From: Octopus bimaculoides
Taxonomy: Eukaryota
Reading direction: 5' to 3'
Length of the DNA: 64,000 bases
Assembly (NCBI RefSeq): GCF_001194135.2
Contig: NC_068986.1
Coordinates: forward strand, 501,389 to 565,388
A program made the position numbers and the translations under genes. The notes beneath the pieces were generated by a model. The model did no database searches. It had not been told where the DNA came from and saw nothing but the letters and a program-made list of their open reading frames with translations. Shown piece by piece: positions 59,781 to 64,000 of this stretch (the first letter of the stretch is position 1; each line of letters opens with the position of its first letter).

Positions 59781-60184
59781 GCCTCGTTAGCCATTTAAAT
59801 AATCCTTTCCTTTTAGTATCACAGTTAGTAAACATTAATTCCTACCAAATATTTTGTTATTTTATTTCAGACTAAAAGTGAAGCTGATATGAGACTAATT
59901 TGATCTCCTGTAATGAACTCTGTCTGATACACTAAAACATCAGATATATATACCTTTGCATTATCCTGCGTGTTAAATGAATGTGTCTTGCGGCAATCCA
60001 TAGATTTTGTCAAGAAAATCTATCTGTCTCTTAAATCACGCCAAACATATATATGTGTGTTTATCTAGGCACAGATACGGCTACGTAAAGAAGTTCATAT
60101 CACAATCATGTGGTTCTGGATTCAATCTTAGTGAGTGGCACTTGGATGGAATTGTGAAGAAGCCTGTTGTATGGGTGTGTGTAT

Positions 60185-60300
60185 GTGTGTGTGTTGTATG
60201 AGTGTGTGTGTTGTATGAGTGTGTGTCTTGTATGAGTGTGTGTGTCTTGTATGAGTGTTGTGTGAGTGTGTGTATTGTATGAATGTGTGTATGTGTGTGT
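60185..60300. repeat. GT-derived minisatellite (ATGAGTGTGTGTGTTGT variants)
   Basis: Five to six units of 15-19 bp seen directly. Confidence 0.8.
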
Positions 60301-60844
60301 GTGGTGTGTGTTTATGGCTACACCTATATAAATATCAGTGTTGTTGTTTATATTGTAATCAAATCACTCAGCGTCCGCGTGCGTCTTGAAACCAAAATGG
60401 AAGACAATGAGAGAACTTTATCAAAACGTATCCCAACTTCAACGTTATGTACATCATCCACAACTATATGCTAGCATTTAATTCGCTATCTCTGACATAT
60501 ATCGTTCCTGAGCACTTACTAAGATATGGCTTCATATTTGCCAGCAAAAAAAGAATGGCTCATTGACAGATATTGAATATTTCATTATGTTGAAATGATA
60601 TTATGTTCTTCAATAGCTCTTAACTAAACAATATCCGAACTTATCTTGATCATAAGATACCATTATCTGTATAGGATCGTACTTTATAATCGAAACACAC
60701 CAAATAGAAATGTCATCGTTTATCTGTCTGATCGCTGGAATTTAGCAACATCAAAATCTCACAAGTAATTAGGCAAGAAACGTATTCAACATGATGCTCG
60801 ATGTCTACTTGTTTATCGTCAACGTACATTATTCGTCGGAAAAC

Positions 60845-60990
<146 letters not shown>

Positions 60991-61288
60991 CTCGCTGTAT
61001 TTACTTGATAGCAAGTCCGGGCAATAAGTAAATTTATGATAAGAGCATCGGCAATGTAAATGTATTTCTGAAGTTGTCCATTATTCAGTAAACGATGCTG
61101 ATTGACAGTCATCAACCATTAAAAACAACGGCTTCAAACAGAAATAGATATTTTTATTAATCGAGATTTAATCGAAGAAGAAATTTATTTTAGAAATGGA
61201 GAAAATTGAATTAAATTAATGGAAGTCTAATTTTTATTGATTAACGATATTGTTGAGGCTATTATGATAGAGATATACAGGAGATATA

Positions 61289-62093
61289 CAGGAGTATTCA
61301 AAAAGAATGAATCGATTTCATTACACAATATTTTAATAAGGAAAAGCAATAGAAAACTCCAGCTAAGTCCCAAGTATTTACTCACAATTAACTTTTATTT
61401 CCTGTCTTACAAGTGTTCAATGTGGCCACCACCTGCAGCACAGGCAACATCAATGCAATGAGAGAATTCCTCCCAGACATGTTTCAGCATATCACGATCC
61501 ACTGAGTTGAAAAAGGTTCCCCTAAGCATGAAAGAGATTCCCCTAAGGTGAACATCTTCTGTGCTGTATCTCAGGACAAGGTTTATTGTCCCTTTTTCTT
61601 TGAAGGAAACACCGTTACAGGACACCTGTCTCGATATGCACCAAAACTCACTCTTCACTTCACTGCAGGCAGATTCGAACGACTTCATTTTTCAACAAGA
61701 TGGAGCACTGCTCCATTGGCAACTGAAGGTTCGAGCTTTTTTAAATGAAAAAGTGCCCCCAGCAATGGATTGGTCGGAAAGGGAGCCAAGACCTTGCTCT
61801 TTGTGCTTGGCCTGCGAGATCTCCAGACCTCACTGTGTGCGATTTTTTTTTTCTTGTGGGGATATGTAAAAGATTGCATTTATATTCCACCGCTACCCAC
61901 TAACCTCGATGATCTTAAACATCGAATAACAACAGCGATCAACTCAGTGGATCGGGATATACGGGTACGTGTCTGGAAAGAATTCTCTTCTCGCATTGTT
62001 GTTGCCCGTGCTGCAGGCGGTAGCCATATTGAACACTTGTAAGACAGGAAATAAAAGTTGATTGTGAGTAAATACTTGTGACTCAGCTGGAGT
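61289..62093 (+). mobile_element. rosa-like (DD41D-group, here about DD46D) Tc1/mariner 3' half with inverted duplicate of its 3' end
   Basis: KVNIFCAVS..FIFQQDGA..W..RSPDLT.CDFFLWGYVKD..HRITTAINSV..GGSHIEHL; arms 61356-61510 and 61939-62093 are inverted copies; TA-CAGGAGTATTCAAAAAG left terminus. Confidence 0.85.
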
Positions 62094-62094
62094 C

Positions 62095-62195
62095 ACAAGT
62101 TATTGTAGAAGACATTTGCCCAAGGTACCATGCAAATGAACTAGACCTGGAACCATGTGGATGAGAAACAAACTTCTTACCACACAGCCACGAGT
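62095..62195 (-). mobile_element. SINE family B head
   Basis: GTAGAAGACATTTGCCCAAGGTACCATGC..GGAACCATGTGG..CTTCTTACCACACAGCCACG. Confidence 0.85.
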
Positions 62196-62403
62196 ACATG
62201 TGTGTGTGTGTGTGTATGTGTCTGTTTATGTCTGTGTGTGTCTGTGTATGTGTGTGGCATGTATATAACCGTAGAAATAGATAGACAGACAGACAGGCAA
62301 ACAGATAGATACATACATACATACATACATACATCATACACACATACCAAAAGACGTTGCAGTCAAGCAAATTATCTCTCCTAGAAATACAGAAAAGTTC
62401 GTG

Positions 62404-62484
62404 TACTAATAAGTATACTAATAAGTACTAATAAGTATACTAATAAGTACTAATAAGTATACTAATAAGTACTAATAAGTATAC
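62404..62484. repeat. Higher-order tandem repeat: TACTAATAAG x7 with TA inserted after every odd unit (22-bp period)
   Basis: Seen directly. Confidence 0.95.
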
Positions 62485-62649
62485 ATACTTATTAACATAA
62501 ATACATGCATATACATACACAAATATCTTTCCAAATGTTTAATTGGAAGATCATTTTTCTTATACAAGCTTTATGATCGACTCTTACCAAATAATGTTCC
62601 ACCAGGAATGTTATGCTGTGAAATGATATTCGAATATGAATTCAAGTAA

Positions 62650-62896
62650 AAATTTTATAAATCATTCTTCATGGAATTCCACGGCGTCAACAAGCTACAC
62701 TCCAAAATTGAAAGACAGTAACGTTGACTACAGCATCAAATGTAGGGTGCTTGATAAATCAGTCATCTATGCAAACGTATCGAAGAAATGCAGTCCGTGT
62801 ACAGCAGAAAGAACTCAATCCTGCTCAAAGAACTCCGATAACTTTCTAAATCCCTCAAACAAATTTATTTTCAAAAAAGAGAAAAATATACTATGA
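62650..62896 (+). mobile_element. Penelope-like GIY-YIG endonuclease C-terminal fragment (Naiad-like)
   Basis: FINHSSW..KLKDSNVDYSIKCRVLDKSVIYANVSKKCSPCTAER..FLNPSN, similar to the copy at 3380-3597. Confidence 0.7.
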
Positions 62897-63384
62897 ATTC
62901 ACAAATGATATAAAAATATTTTACTATTCAAAGGTTTTATGGGAAACTATTTTGTTTTTGTAATGGACGGATAAAATTGAACAATATCAAATTGGATGTA
63001 TTTTCAATTATTTTCACAACCTCTATTACTGAACCATTTGATAAAAGAGATGCTGCAGTTTAGAAACAATAACCATGTAGCTTGTTTGATGAATTAAAAT
63101 TAATAATATATCTAGAATATGATTACTTCCTTTAGCTAATTCACTTTTCTTTAATTAACTTGCACTCAAATTCTATATGGAAGTTATTCTTATGATTAAT
63201 ATGACCATTAGAACAACTTATGCTCTGTTCTGTATTTAGCCGTATTACGAGACTGCTTTTTCGTTGATTAGCTTGGTTTTATGATTTGTTTGGTTTATCG
63301 TTTGTTGTTTCTTTCGCCATATTGTTACAAAAAGAACCTAACTATAGGAGATTTTCAGGTTTATATCACACCTTTTATCTTTTG

Positions 63385-63660
63385 CTTCTTTCAGTGGCTG
63401 GAATGCGGCCATGCTGAGACACCACCTTGAAGGATTTTAGTCAAATGAATCGCCCCTAGAACTAATTTTTTAAAAAAATAAGTACTTAATCTAACGATCT
63501 CTTAAGTTACCGGGACATAGACAAAACAACACCGGTTGTCAAGCCATGGTGGTGGATAAACACAAACACACGCATAGATACATACGCACACACGCACGTA
63601 CGCACACACACACACACATACACACACACACATACACACACACACACACATATATATATA
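63385..63660 (-). mobile_element. SINE family B 3' half with (CA)n
   Basis: GCGGCCATGCTGAGACACCACCTTGAAGGATTTTAGTC..ACCGGTTGTCAAGCCATGGTGG..AAACACAAACAC. Confidence 0.85.
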
Positions 63661-64000
63661 AGACAGCATGTTCTTTATCTATCTCCTTACTTTCTGGGAG
63701 GTCTTAGGTAAAATTGTACTAATGTGTCCATCTGTTTTAATTTAATTCTATGTATTTATGCAGCAGAAAATTGCTCTGCATTTAAATTGATGTAATGGTT
63801 GCATTGTTCAATTAAATGGAGTCGATCGAAACGATCTTACTGCATTACCTCTGGATATCCTTTTGCTTATTTTGATTTTAATCTCTTTATTTGGAAACTG
63901 TATGGATAATACCGTACTAAATTCTGGTGCCTCAACTTATGTACCTAATTCATCTGAATCTAAAATTTTGATTTTATATATATATATATATATATATATA

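Overview
AT-rich eukaryotic (animal) genomic DNA from a gapped draft assembly. There are nine N-runs, most abutting (TA)n or (GT)n microsatellites. The SINE families and microsatellite load point to an octopod cephalopod such as Octopus (inference from recalled repeat consensus, not a database hit). No prokaryotic operon, CRISPR array, rRNA or credible tRNA gene is present, and almost all ORF-track entries are artefacts of microsatellites, N-gaps or decayed transposons. The window holds many decayed mobile elements: at least three tRNA-derived SINE families (>25 copies); non-LTR fragments of CR1, RTE (BovB-like and Rex3-like), L1/Tx1, R4/Dong and CRE type; Penelope-like elements (PLE) of two types; and Tc1/mariner elements (DD34D mariner, DD37D maT, rosa-like DD41-46D, an IS630/Tc1-like DDE). 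One credible host coding exon (28641-28865, +) and a few weaker candidate exons suggest a long-intron, possibly multi-pass membrane protein gene. The most notable signal read from the sequence is a set of minimal type-I hammerhead ribozyme motifs with palindromic helix III from at least five unrelated PLE terminal-repeat families. These include a fully core-intact copy about 225 nt upstream of the host exon, one with a ~59-nt extended helix II, and an inverted pair forming a 139-bp hairpin. Other structural oddities are an RTE LINE with twin-priming-like inversion geometry, a mariner carrying an internal Tx1 RT fragment, and two fold-back transposons. All family assignments come from manual translation and motif recall; none was checked by search.
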